Of a DNA stretch of 57,807 bases, positions 1-9,265 are shown in pieces. Every line of letters begins with the position of its first letter. Positions within the stretch are counted from its first letter, which is position 1. The translations under genes were made by a program, and so were the position numbers. The DNA is from an uncultured Gammaproteobacteria bacterium (lineage in GTDB: Bacteria; Patescibacteriota; Microgenomatia; Daviesbacterales; UBA10151). The notes under the pieces were generated by a model. The model was not told the DNA's origin and searched no databases. It saw only the letters and a program-made list of their open reading frames with translations. The stretch covers positions 1 to 57,807 of the forward strand of contig CAYRCR010000004.1 in the NCBI GenBank assembly GCA_964422835.1. The letters are read 5' to 3'.

Positions 1-611
1 CCGCTATGGCTCCTGTTATTTTAACCCTGTTAATCGGGCTGATACTTCTTATTGCTTTGTTAGTCCAAATGGTCAAGCTGTTTTTTGCCCTGCTTAATTC
101 ATACATCCAGTTGTTGGTTTTTACCATTGCCGGCCCTTTAATGATTGCCTTTTCTGCCATTCCCGGCAAGGGAGGGGGCATGTCTTTTTGGATCAGGGGG
201 ACGCTGGCCAATGCTTTGGTTTTTCCGGCAGTTTTTGCCACATTTTTGTTTGCGGGTTTAATTTTAGCCAACACCAATCCTGCTGACTGGCAAGTCTCCC
301 CTCCCCTTTTTGCCGGGTTCTCGGCTGAAATTTTACGGGTCATTTTGGCCTACGGCATAATTTTAGGCACTCCTGCTATCCCCGGGATGATCAGGGAAAT
401 ATTTAAAGTTAAGGGGCCGCAGGCCTTTGCCCAGGCAGCCATGGGCGGAGCCATGGCGGGGGTAGCTGTAGGTAAAGCTGGTTATGGGGCAGGAACTGGT
501 AGATTCAAAGAGGAAGCGGAAGCTTGGAGTAAAGCCAAAGCTTCAGAAAGAGCATCTGGTACAGCTGCTCCAGTTACCTATAAACCTTGGTACCGTATTT
601 TTGGAAGGTAA
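1..611 (+). CDS. Polytopic membrane protein, possibly the VirB6/TrbL/PrgH-like channel component of a T4SS; the 5' end probably lies outside the window
   Basis: The frame is open to the window edge. It has several hydrophobic helices followed by a Gly/Ala-rich tail, and it sits next to PrgI-like and VirB4-like genes. The family assignment comes from context only. Confidence 0.4.
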   Translation, partial: AMAPVILTLLIGLILLIALLVQMVKLFFALLNSYIQLLVFTIAGPLMIAFSAIPGKGGGMSFWIRGTLANALVFPAVFATFLFAGLILANTNPADWQVSPPLFAGFSAEILRVILAYGIILGTPAIPGMIREIFKVKGPQAFAQAAMGGAMAGVAVGKAGYGAGTGRFKEEAEAWSKAKASERASGTAAPVTYKPWYRIFGR

Positions 612-667
612 CAACAAGCGATGGTATTATATTACTCCCAGTAAAATTAGTAATTCAGTAATAGGGT

Positions 668-2689
668 TTATTTTAGGGAAATTGCTTGTTTAAAAAATTC
701 ACGCAGCATGGCCATAAATATGCCCGGAGGATTAGTTCTATAAAATGCCAATAAGAGAAGCTGGGTAGCCTGATCATTAGGCTTGCCATCCAATAATAAT
801 AATTTCTTCTTAATATCTTTTGCCTGTTCATCAGTCACCATGCCCCTAGTCCTTAAATTATCTACAGATACACTTATATCATCAAAATTAATATTTTTTT
901 GCTTAAACCTGCCAAATCTATCTTTCATCTGGAAAGAAAGGAGTCCTAGGGCAAGTTGAGCAAAAGCATCTTCCCTATAAACTTTACCTTTTGCTCTTTC
1001 TTGATCAGGATCTAACCCATCCTCTATGTCTTTAGTGATAGATGGGAAATTTTCAAAAGAACCACGCAAATCAAGTAAAACTTTTAATGACGGATCTCTG
1101 GCTAGCTTATCAGGATCAAGCAAACCCGCCCTAATTTTATCAGCCATCATTAAATTAAAAGCATAAAAAATCCCGGTAAGGGCATTCTCACCTTTGGTTG
1201 TCCATTTAATTTTAGTTGGGTCAAATTTATATTCTGCGTCCATTTGAATAATTCCATTCCGTTTCACAATAATCTTTTCTTTTATATTTCCTTGTTCGTC
1301 TTTTTTAACTAATATTTTATCCTGATCTGGATTAGGTTCACCTTCAGGGACGAAAGCCGGACCATCTTTAAAATTATTTGGATCTGTTAAAAATTTTTCA
1401 TCCAAAAAACTTGATAAAAAATCTTTACTGCCAAAATAAAGCGATGGTCTAATTCGAGGTTCTCCTGCCCTAGCATTTTCTGTAAATAATGAGGAATAGA
1501 GTAATCTTTTAACGGCAAATTCACCCGTACCGGCGAATGATTCACTAGAACCCCAAATTATTTTTTCCTTCAGTTCATTCCAATTCTCCATTATTTCAGC
1601 CGGGCGAAGTGACAAGAGCCTGTTCCGATCCTCTTCGTTAACATCAGATTTAAAAACAGGTCTATCAGCCAGTGCTGCCCGCATCCACATTCTCCAAATT
1701 GTTTCCGCCTGCCTTACCGACCATATATATTCCTGGACAGCTAATTTCCCTTCGGTGCTGTCTAGTACAGTTTCCTGGGAAACAAAATCATCCTCCTTGG
1801 CTCGATCAAGCGCCATCTGTTGCCTGATTTTTTCTATCTGGAAGGCATTGGCCAGCGCCGGATTATTTTCCCTAATTACTGTACCTTCCGGCGTATATTC
1901 AATTTTTTGGGAACGAGTCTCAAAATCCATAAATGATTTGGCTACATCTTTATGGGATAATACCGAGTCTGCAAATGTCATAAAACCTGCTGTTTCTATC
2001 AATTTTGTAAAAGCATCAATAGTCCCTCCAGCATTGGGTGTTAAAAGCCATGCTTCGAAAATTTGAACCCTGGCCCGGAAAAATTTTTGGGCTTCAATAT
2101 CCAGTCGCGGCAAAACAGAAGTAATACTTAAGTAATTGGGGTCATAGGCCAATGATTGATATGACCGGCCGGATGACTCTAATTTACTCATTCGGCTGGA
2201 TAGCCATTCAATTTGTCCTTCTTTATCTTTGGGCGATTCCTCGCTCGTCACAAGTTCACTTTGAACCCTATTTCTATAATAATCCTTTTTTAACCCATGA
2301 AGCTCTTCGGGTAATTCTTTCTCTTTTTCCTCTGAAAGCTCTTCTTCGATCAAAGTACTCACTGAAGGACTGGGCATTCTTTTAGCCCGACCTTCCTCTA
2401 CAATAACATCTATCAATTTATCCAATTGATCCAATAAACCAGCTTGTTTTGCCTGTTGTATAAATGTTAATTTGGCTTGATTAAGTTGATCTAATTTTTG
2501 TTTTAATTCAGCTATTTTTTGCGGGTCCCGCTCAAGCGCAAGCTGGCTTATGGTATTATGACTAGCCGCAGACACCTCTTTGTAAGTTGTCCCCGGTAAT
2601 GTTCTACTTAACTCTGTATCACCTGGTTCACTCATTCTTTTTCTTTCCATAGAGCATGGTATTATATGCCCTACTTTTTCATCTTTCAA
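668..2689 (-). CDS. Large hypothetical protein (673 aa) with a coiled-coil-like N-terminal third
   Basis: A long uninterrupted ORF with normal amino-acid composition. I recognise no family motif. It is divergent from the PrgI-like gene. Confidence 0.6.
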   Translation of the reverse strand: MKDEKVGHIIPCSMERKRMSEPGDTELSRTLPGTTYKEVSAASHNTISQLALERDPQKIAELKQKLDQLNQAKLTFIQQAKQAGLLDQLDKLIDVIVEEGRAKRMPSPSVSTLIEEELSEEKEKELPEELHGLKKDYYRNRVQSELVTSEESPKDKEGQIEWLSSRMSKLESSGRSYQSLAYDPNYLSITSVLPRLDIEAQKFFRARVQIFEAWLLTPNAGGTIDAFTKLIETAGFMTFADSVLSHKDVAKSFMDFETRSQKIEYTPEGTVIRENNPALANAFQIEKIRQQMALDRAKEDDFVSQETVLDSTEGKLAVQEYIWSVRQAETIWRMWMRAALADRPVFKSDVNEEDRNRLLSLRPAEIMENWNELKEKIIWGSSESFAGTGEFAVKRLLYSSLFTENARAGEPRIRPSLYFGSKDFLSSFLDEKFLTDPNNFKDGPAFVPEGEPNPDQDKILVKKDEQGNIKEKIIVKRNGIIQMDAEYKFDPTKIKWTTKGENALTGIFYAFNLMMADKIRAGLLDPDKLARDPSLKVLLDLRGSFENFPSITKDIEDGLDPDQERAKGKVYREDAFAQLALGLLSFQMKDRFGRFKQKNINFDDISVSVDNLRTRGMVTDEQAKDIKKKLLLLDGKPNDQATQLLLLAFYRTNPPGIFMAMLREFFKQAISLK

Positions 2690-2824
2690 GTCAATAGTAC
2701 ACCAGATATTTCAAAAAAGAAATACATTATATATAAAAAGCATCGAATTGGTTTAGATTGCCCTAATAAGACCTCATTTGAGCCCCTTGAACCCATAATT
2801 TTCACGCGGTAAGGTTCATAGTAG

Positions 2825-3727
2825 ATGGAACACGCTGTCCCGCAAAATGTCACCTCTTTTGAGTTCCATTTGGTTGGGGATATGACCCTGAAGCAATTTG
2901 CCTACCTGGGTTCCGGGTTGGGGATTGCTTTTTTGGTCTATTCAACCCTTTTCCAAACCCTACCCTATGTGGCAGCCCCCATTATAGTTATATCGGCCCT
3001 CTCGGGTGTTGCTCTGGCTTTTTTGCCAGTTCTTGACAGGCCCCTGGATCATTTTGTGCTGGCTTTTTTCAAAGCGATTTACTCCCCGACCAAAGGGGAA
3101 GTTAAACTTCCCCCGGGTACAAACAGGCTGCAACTGTTCCTGAAGCCGGCTCAACCGGCACCGGATAAACCTCAACAGACACCAAAAATTGTACCTGTCA
3201 ACCCCGGCTTGACACCAATTTCCCCCATACCCGATCAGGGCAAGAAAATTATTGAGCTTTTGCAACAAAATGCCGTTTTACAAAAAAAACTACTGGAAGT
3301 TGAACAAAATCTGCAAACCTTAAAACAGACCACCTCTATCCCCCGGCCCCCGCTTCCTGCCTCCCCGCCGGCCGGCGGGCCTGTTCCAACGCCTATTTAC
3401 CCCAAACCCCCCAAAGCCGTGGTAGTAGAACCTGTCAAACCCGTCAAAACCCAAATGCTCCTAACTTCATTCCCCAACGTGATAAACGGGGTGGTGGAAG
3501 AAGACGGTGATTTCCTGGAGGGAGTTATTGTCATCATCCATAACAAAGACAATATTCCGGTCAGGGCCCTAAAAACCAATAAACTAGGGCAATTTTCCGG
3601 TGCTACCCCGCTACCAAGCGGAGTCTACACTGTGACTCTGGAAAAAGAAGATTATAAATTTGATACCCTGCAAATTACCTTAACCGGGGAAATTTTATCG
3701 CCCCTGAAACTTAAACCAAGAAAATGA
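2825..3727 (+). CDS. PrgI-family (VirB3-like) T4SS membrane protein with a Pro-rich linker and a C-terminal beta-sandwich-like domain
   Basis: The N-terminus 'VPQNVTSFEFHLVGDMTLKQFAYLGSGLGIAFLV' fits the PrgI pattern (VPQ..., G.xTLKQFxYL plus TM helices). Its stop overlaps the next start as ATGA. Confidence 0.65.
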   Translation: MEHAVPQNVTSFEFHLVGDMTLKQFAYLGSGLGIAFLVYSTLFQTLPYVAAPIIVISALSGVALAFLPVLDRPLDHFVLAFFKAIYSPTKGEVKLPPGTNRLQLFLKPAQPAPDKPQQTPKIVPVNPGLTPISPIPDQGKKIIELLQQNAVLQKKLLEVEQNLQTLKQTTSIPRPPLPASPPAGGPVPTPIYPKPPKAVVVEPVKPVKTQMLLTSFPNVINGVVEEDGDFLEGVIVIIHNKDNIPVRALKTNKLGQFSGATPLPSGVYTVTLEKEDYKFDTLQITLTGEILSPLKLKPRK

Positions 3728-4446
3728 CGCCAAGTAAGCATTTTTTACCTATTGAAGATATAAGAGGCGACCTGATTATTTTAAAAAACGGCAATGTCGC
3801 CCTGGTGCTTTCCACCTCGGCTGTTAATTTTGCCCTGCTTTTCGAAACAGAACAAATTTCCATCATTGAATCTTTTGCGGGACTTTTAAATTCCCTCTCC
3901 TTCCCCATCCAAATATCAATTATGTCACGGCGTTTAGATGTATCCTCATATCTGACAACACTGGAACAAGCCAAGGCGCGCCAGAGTAACCCCTTGCTCC
4001 GGGCTTACACTGACCATTTCCGGGGCTTTGTAGAAAGCATCATTAAGGAAAATAATGTTTTGGATAAACAATTTTATGTCACAATAAGCGCTTCCGGAAC
4101 AGAACTCGGCATAGGTAGAATTAACCTCCAGGAAAAACTTCGGCGGGCAGCCACCATTTTATCACCCCGGAGAGACCACCTTATAAAACAGCTTTCCCGG
4201 CTCGGGATAAAAGCCCAGCAGCTCAATACTGTTGAGTTAGTCAAGCTCTTTTACTCGATTTATAATCCAAATACAGAGACAGTAAACCCTCCTGCCACAT
4301 CTGCCACTCCCCACCCCAAACTAGCCCGGCTTGCCCCACCCCCGCCTATTACCCCATCTCCCCCCACCACTGCCCGTCCGGTAGGAGGACCAACCAACAG
4401 CCCCCTTTCTCCCCCTTTTGTTGTGGAGGAATTGCCGGATGAATAA
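3724..4446 (+). CDS. VirB4/PrgJ N-terminal-domain-like protein with a Pro-rich tail
   Basis: 'IEDIRGDLIILKNGNVALVLSTSAVNFALLFETEQISIIESFAGLLNSLSFPIQISIMSRRLDVSSYL' resembles the N-terminal domain of Gram-positive VirB4/TraC ATPases. The ORF overlaps the start of the ATPase ORF (ATGAATAA). Confidence 0.5.
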   Translation: MTPSKHFLPIEDIRGDLIILKNGNVALVLSTSAVNFALLFETEQISIIESFAGLLNSLSFPIQISIMSRRLDVSSYLTTLEQAKARQSNPLLRAYTDHFRGFVESIIKENNVLDKQFYVTISASGTELGIGRINLQEKLRRAATILSPRRDHLIKQLSRLGIKAQQLNTVELVKLFYSIYNPNTETVNPPATSATPHPKLARLAPPPPITPSPPTTARPVGGPTNSPLSPPFVVEELPDE

Positions 4447-6133
4447 CATCCAGGATACTATTGCCCCGGAAAGCTTGGAACTTGATTTTAACCATCTCCG
4501 GCTAAATCAGACATTGAACCGCACATTTTTTGTATCAGGCTATCCCCGCTTTGTTGAGCCAAACTGGCTGGAGCCATTAATAGATTTTGAACACTCTCTG
4601 CGTATTTCCATGTTTATCTATCCCAGTAAATCAGCCGGAGTATTGGAAGATTTAAAGCGGAAAATTGCCGAGATGGAAGCCACTATTCAAACAGACACAG
4701 AACGCGGCCGGGAAGTTGACCCTTCGGTTTTGGCCAGTTTAGAAGACGCGCAGGAACTCCAGGCCCAACTGGTACGCGGTGCGGAACGCTTTTTTGAATA
4801 TAGCCTTTATGTCACAGTCCCGGCGGGCACGCCCGGCGAGCTAAACAACATTTCACAACTTGTTTCCTCAACACTGGGCAGTATCTCTATTACTGCCAGG
4901 CCCGCTACTCTGGAGATGAACGACGGTTTTACCTCCACCATCCCTTTAGGCGAGGATCCTCTTTACCTCGTCCATAATATGGATACCACCTCCCTGGCCA
5001 CCACTTTTCCTTTCACCACCTCCGAGTTGACTTCGCCTACCGGCGTAGTCTATGGGATCAACGAGCATAATGACTCCCTGATAATTTTTGACAGGTTTTC
5101 CCAGGAAAATGCCAATTCTGTAATTCTCGCCACATCCGGGGCCGGCAAATCCTATTTTGTTAAATTGGAAGCTCTCCGGTCTTTAATGCTGGGAGCCGAG
5201 GTGATTATTGTTGACCCGGAACGGGAGTATGTTAATTTGGCAACAGCCATTGGGGGTGACTACATCAACTTTTCCACCTCCTCGCCGGTCAAAATCAATC
5301 CATTTGACCTACCAAAAATGGAAACCAGCGAAGAAGATGAGCTGGGCCGCAAGATATTATCTTTAACCGGGTTTTTAAAACTGGTGCTGGGCGACTTGAC
5401 TCAAAACGAGGCTGCCCTGCTGGACCGGGCTCTAAATACCACCTACCGGCAAAAGGGCATAGTAGCGGGCAAACCTTATGACAAAATTGAACCGCCTTTG
5501 ATGGAAGATTTATATAAAGTGCTTTTAGGCATGGAAGATGCAACTTCCCAGGGTCTGGCCGCCAGGCTGGAACGGTTTATTAAAGGATCGCTGGCCGGCA
5601 TTTTCTCTTCCCGCTCCAATATTGAAATTAAAAATCAATTAACTGTCTTTTCCGTGCGGGACTTGCCTGATGCCCTCCGGCCGCTGGCAATTTACTTGAT
5701 CCTGGATTATATCTGGACCAAAATCAGGCATACACAAAAAAAGAGAATCCTGATTGTGGATGAAGCTTGGTATCTAATGAAATACCCCGACTCTGCCAGC
5801 TTCCTTGTCGAAATGGTCAAGCGCGCCCGCAAATATTTTCTGGGGGTTACTACCATCAGCCAGGATATTGAGGATTTTTGGGGGGCAAACCACGGCAAGG
5901 AAATTATTGCCAATTCCTCAATGCAAGTGCTTTTTAAGCAGGCTCCGATTTCCATTGAAAAGATCGGCGAGACGTTTAATTTATCACAAGGGGAGAAACG
6001 TCTGCTGCTTTCTGCCGGGGTGGGCAGGGGTTTGTTTTTTGCCGGCAATATCCATATTGCCATGAGAGTTGTGGCATCAGACGAAGAGCATAAATTGATT
6101 ACCACCAACCCAACGGAAATTTTAGGAAAATGA
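4439..6133 (+). CDS. VirB4/TraC/PrgJ-like T4SS ATPase
   Basis: Walker A 'ATSGAGKSYF' and Walker B 'ILIVDEAWYL' are present. I prefer the ATG at 4439, which is preceded by GGAGGA, over the 4418 ORF start in the track. Confidence 0.85.
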   Translation: MNNIQDTIAPESLELDFNHLRLNQTLNRTFFVSGYPRFVEPNWLEPLIDFEHSLRISMFIYPSKSAGVLEDLKRKIAEMEATIQTDTERGREVDPSVLASLEDAQELQAQLVRGAERFFEYSLYVTVPAGTPGELNNISQLVSSTLGSISITARPATLEMNDGFTSTIPLGEDPLYLVHNMDTTSLATTFPFTTSELTSPTGVVYGINEHNDSLIIFDRFSQENANSVILATSGAGKSYFVKLEALRSLMLGAEVIIVDPEREYVNLATAIGGDYINFSTSSPVKINPFDLPKMETSEEDELGRKILSLTGFLKLVLGDLTQNEAALLDRALNTTYRQKGIVAGKPYDKIEPPLMEDLYKVLLGMEDATSQGLAARLERFIKGSLAGIFSSRSNIEIKNQLTVFSVRDLPDALRPLAIYLILDYIWTKIRHTQKKRILIVDEAWYLMKYPDSASFLVEMVKRARKYFLGVTTISQDIEDFWGANHGKEIIANSSMQVLFKQAPISIEKIGETFNLSQGEKRLLLSAGVGRGLFFAGNIHIAMRVVASDEEHKLITTNPTEILGK

Positions 6134-6134
6134 T

Positions 6135-8300
6135 ATGGCAGTCCTTGACCTCAAAAACATTGAACCTAATATTCTGCGCAAAACCCTAGATCTGGTTGAA
6201 CTTTACAATAAAAATAGCAGATTTAGGGAAACCTTTGATAAAAATCTTCCCAATAAATGGGCTACTTTCCGTGGTTTACCTCTTAAAACCTATATCAAAG
6301 TATTAACCACTACCACCAGGTATAAACGGTATTTTAATGAGATCAAAAAAAATTCCGAGGCCACTAAGGAGTTATTTTTTAATTTCTATAAAGATCCATC
6401 GGGTTATGCCAAATTGCACAGGGATTTTACCCTCAACCAATTTACATCCGGACTTACGAAAGAGGAGTTAGCCTTGGCTAAACAAATCGAAGAAGTACCT
6501 CAAAAAAGTGAGGGGCATAAAAAGCTGGTCTCCAGACTGCATGATAAAAGTACCGGGCAGAGTCTTACCTCCTCCATTAAGAAAATTTTAGGACAAAAGG
6601 AGGAAGAGGGGCAAATTACTGAATTGGAAGATGTTGTAAAAGAAACCGTAACCCCAACCCAAACCCCTTCCCAAATAGAAAGTGCAGAAGTTCCAGTGCT
6701 ACGCGGTAGCCCAGGATTCCAGATGCCATCCTTCGTCAAAAATTTAGCTTCAGGTGCCAAAATTTTGGCTAGGAAGTTAATCGTTAAATTTGCCCCGAAT
6801 ATTTTTTCCGGCACAATTGGGGGTCTTGTTGGCAGTGCGCTCTTTGGCGTCAGAGGCAGCTTAGTCGGTGCAGGTATTGGCCTAGTCTTCCCCAACGCTT
6901 TAAAAAACAGTGTCTTACGGGGATTTTTAGGAGCAAGCACTAAAGCCGTAGTTGGGACAGGCACAAAAGCTGCCGGGGCTGCAGCAGTAAGGTCTGGTCT
7001 TCTGGCAGCAGGTGCGGGAGGAGGCCCGGTCGGGTGGGTTGCTACCATCGGAGTAACACTGGCTACCAGCAAGACAGTCCGCAATGTGGTAATCGGGATA
7101 ATCGGAGGCCTTTTTATTCTACCTTTAATCTTGGGCTTAAACAAACAACTGGCATTTTTTCCTCCTCCCGGAGCAGTTGAGACGGCCGTCCTTCCTCCGG
7201 GATATCTTCCTCCGGGGTCTTCCGAGCCGTCTTCTGATATTTCCTCCTGCCAGTTTGTCCGAAGTGATCATAGCCCCAAAGGCGCTTCCTATCAAAGCAC
7301 ACAACTACTTGCTTACTTTCAGGAAGCTTCAAATTTAACAGGTATCCCCCCGGCTCTTTTGGCAGCTTTTATGAGGGTTGAATCCCCCGGGCTTACTTCT
7401 TACACCGACGAGGCCCTGTCAAGATACCAATGTGCAGAAAGCCCTACCGGAGCTTTAGGGGTAATGCAAATCCAGCCTGCCGGTACTGTCGGCCACTCCC
7501 CGGGAGGTGTGGCCCAGGGGGCAAAACTTTTAGGGCTTACCTACAACAACCTGACCCGGGCGGATTTTTGTGACATCCGCACAAGTATCATCATGGGCGC
7601 CGGTTTTATGCTTTATAAAATGGGTGTAACTTCCTGGGATCCTGCCTGGACAGGAGATAAACAAATGATTGACAAACTGGTCACAGGTTATTATGGATGC
7701 CTAAATTACGGCGGCGGCGATCCGACCAAATGCACCGGCCCTTACAACTATGGGGATGACGTCTGGGAGAGTATCCAAAATTGTAAACCGGCTGCCCCAT
7801 TACCCCCATCTTCTGCCACTATCTCCTCATGCCCGATTCCGGGAGGGGTAGCAACCTGTGGCAGCCTTAACACTTCCAGGGCAAGTTGCAGCCATTGCGG
7901 GGCAGGCTACGAACCATATACCACAGCCTTTTGCCCTCCACCCTGGGGTAAAGCCGGTTACGACGGGACCCAGTACGCTCTTGATATTGGCGGAACTTCC
8001 GGCCAGGAATTTTTCTTACCAACAATTGACGGCCGTGTTATACAATGGACATACATCAGTGAATTGGGTGGTACTAATGGGCAAATTCAAAAATACATCG
8101 GCAAAAACGCCATTGGCGACTCATATCTGCTTTATTTCCATCATACCCAAAGTGGCAGTGGTAACGGGAAATCCGGAATCTCCGGGGATTTGGCAGGACA
8201 AATTTGCCTGGGATGCAATATTGGCAATACCCACCTCCATGTACAATTGGCTGACGGATCAGGCAGTTGGCTGGATAGCGCACAATATTTTTGCAAATAA
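6135..8300 (+). CDS. T4SS-associated bifunctional cell-wall hydrolase (lytic transglycosylase SLT domain plus M23/LytM-like C-terminal domain), PrgK/VirB1-like
   Basis: SLT-like 'AAFMRVESPG...GALGVMQIQP' is present. The C-terminus carries M23-like 'YALDIGG...LLYFHHTQ...GNTHLHVQL'. The central region is Gly/Ala-rich and hydrophobic. Confidence 0.7.
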   Translation: MAVLDLKNIEPNILRKTLDLVELYNKNSRFRETFDKNLPNKWATFRGLPLKTYIKVLTTTTRYKRYFNEIKKNSEATKELFFNFYKDPSGYAKLHRDFTLNQFTSGLTKEELALAKQIEEVPQKSEGHKKLVSRLHDKSTGQSLTSSIKKILGQKEEEGQITELEDVVKETVTPTQTPSQIESAEVPVLRGSPGFQMPSFVKNLASGAKILARKLIVKFAPNIFSGTIGGLVGSALFGVRGSLVGAGIGLVFPNALKNSVLRGFLGASTKAVVGTGTKAAGAAAVRSGLLAAGAGGGPVGWVATIGVTLATSKTVRNVVIGIIGGLFILPLILGLNKQLAFFPPPGAVETAVLPPGYLPPGSSEPSSDISSCQFVRSDHSPKGASYQSTQLLAYFQEASNLTGIPPALLAAFMRVESPGLTSYTDEALSRYQCAESPTGALGVMQIQPAGTVGHSPGGVAQGAKLLGLTYNNLTRADFCDIRTSIIMGAGFMLYKMGVTSWDPAWTGDKQMIDKLVTGYYGCLNYGGGDPTKCTGPYNYGDDVWESIQNCKPAAPLPPSSATISSCPIPGGVATCGSLNTSRASCSHCGAGYEPYTTAFCPPPWGKAGYDGTQYALDIGGTSGQEFFLPTIDGRVIQWTYISELGGTNGQIQKYIGKNAIGDSYLLYFHHTQSGSGNGKSGISGDLAGQICLGCNIGNTHLHVQLADGSGSWLDSAQYFCK

Positions 8301-8794
8301 TGATTAAAATATTTTCAAATTTTAAAATAATGCTGGTTTTGGGGGTAGTAATTTTCGCCGCGCTCATTGCCATCTTAATTTGGCAATCATCAAAGGGCCG
8401 GGAAACCATTATTACTACTCCGGTTACTACCCCGGTTATTTTTTCGCCAACCCCCGTCCAATCATTCCGGGTTGTTTCAACCAAACCAGCTCAAGATTTA
8501 AGTAAAATATTCATCCCCATCCAACAGATAGAAATTGAGTTTAATCTTCCAATTGATCCAGCCAACCTAAGCTACACAGTTAATCCGTCTACCAAAACTA
8601 ATATCCGGTTTAAAGAGGGATCGGATAAAATTATGCTTTTATCTCCCGATCTAATGTGGACAAAGGGATTGACCACTATCACAATTTTAAAAGGCACAGG
8701 TTCGGCGGACGGAATTAAATTACAGGAAGATTATATTTATAAAATTAATACGGACTTTCCGGAAATAGCTCCGCCTGACTCGGAAGGTCTGTAG
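8300..8794 (+). CDS. Membrane-anchored protein with an Ig-like (SbsA_Ig-like) domain
   Basis: An N-terminal TM helix is followed by 'VVSTKPAQD...IEIEFNLPIDPANLSYTVNPS'. The ATG at 8300 overlaps the upstream stop (TAATG). It is a paralogue of the next gene. Confidence 0.55.
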   Translation: MIKIFSNFKIMLVLGVVIFAALIAILIWQSSKGRETIITTPVTTPVIFSPTPVQSFRVVSTKPAQDLSKIFIPIQQIEIEFNLPIDPANLSYTVNPSTKTNIRFKEGSDKIMLLSPDLMWTKGLTTITILKGTGSADGIKLQEDYIYKINTDFPEIAPPDSEGL

Positions 8795-8806
8795 TACAAT
8801 TAAAAT

Positions 8807-9265
8807 ATGAGTAATTTAAAAAAACTGGTGATTGCAGTAATTGCCATAATCGGGGCTATTTTAATAATTATTTCCCAGCGGGGTTTATACTCCCAGCCTG
8901 TCTCCCAAATACCCCAAACAACCCCAACCCCCCAAACAACCTTAGATGAAAATCCCAAAGTTGTTTCAACTAATCCCGACCCATTGGATGGCATTACCCT
9001 CTTACCTAATCAAACTATTGAAATTACTTTCAATAAGCCTCTGGAAAATGTCGGCGAGTTTAAGTACCAACTTGACCCGGCTGTAAACATCAATGTTAAA
9101 TTATCCAATGATAGAAAAACTGCAACCATCACTCCTGTGACTACTTATAAACTGGGTGCCGGATTTACCATATTTATCAAAACAGATTCTAAATTCGACG
9201 GGGGTAAAAGGCTCGATCATGAGTTGATTTACCATTTAAATACCATCGGCTACAAAGGGGTTTAG
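8807..9265 (+). CDS. Membrane-anchored Ig-like domain protein, paralogue of 8300..8794
   Basis: An N-terminal TM helix is followed by 'VVSTNPDPLDG...IEITFNKPLENVGEFKYQLDPA', the same architecture as the upstream gene. Confidence 0.55.
   Translation: MSNLKKLVIAVIAIIGAILIIISQRGLYSQPVSQIPQTTPTPQTTLDENPKVVSTNPDPLDGITLLPNQTIEITFNKPLENVGEFKYQLDPAVNINVKLSNDRKTATITPVTTYKLGAGFTIFIKTDSKFDGGKRLDHELIYHLNTIGYKGV

Noticed and set aside
6500-7144. A 214-aa minus-strand ORF inside the T4SS hydrolase gene
   Set aside because: It is the Pro/Ala/Thr-rich antisense translation of the Gly/Ala-rich segment of the plus-strand gene, with no independent support.
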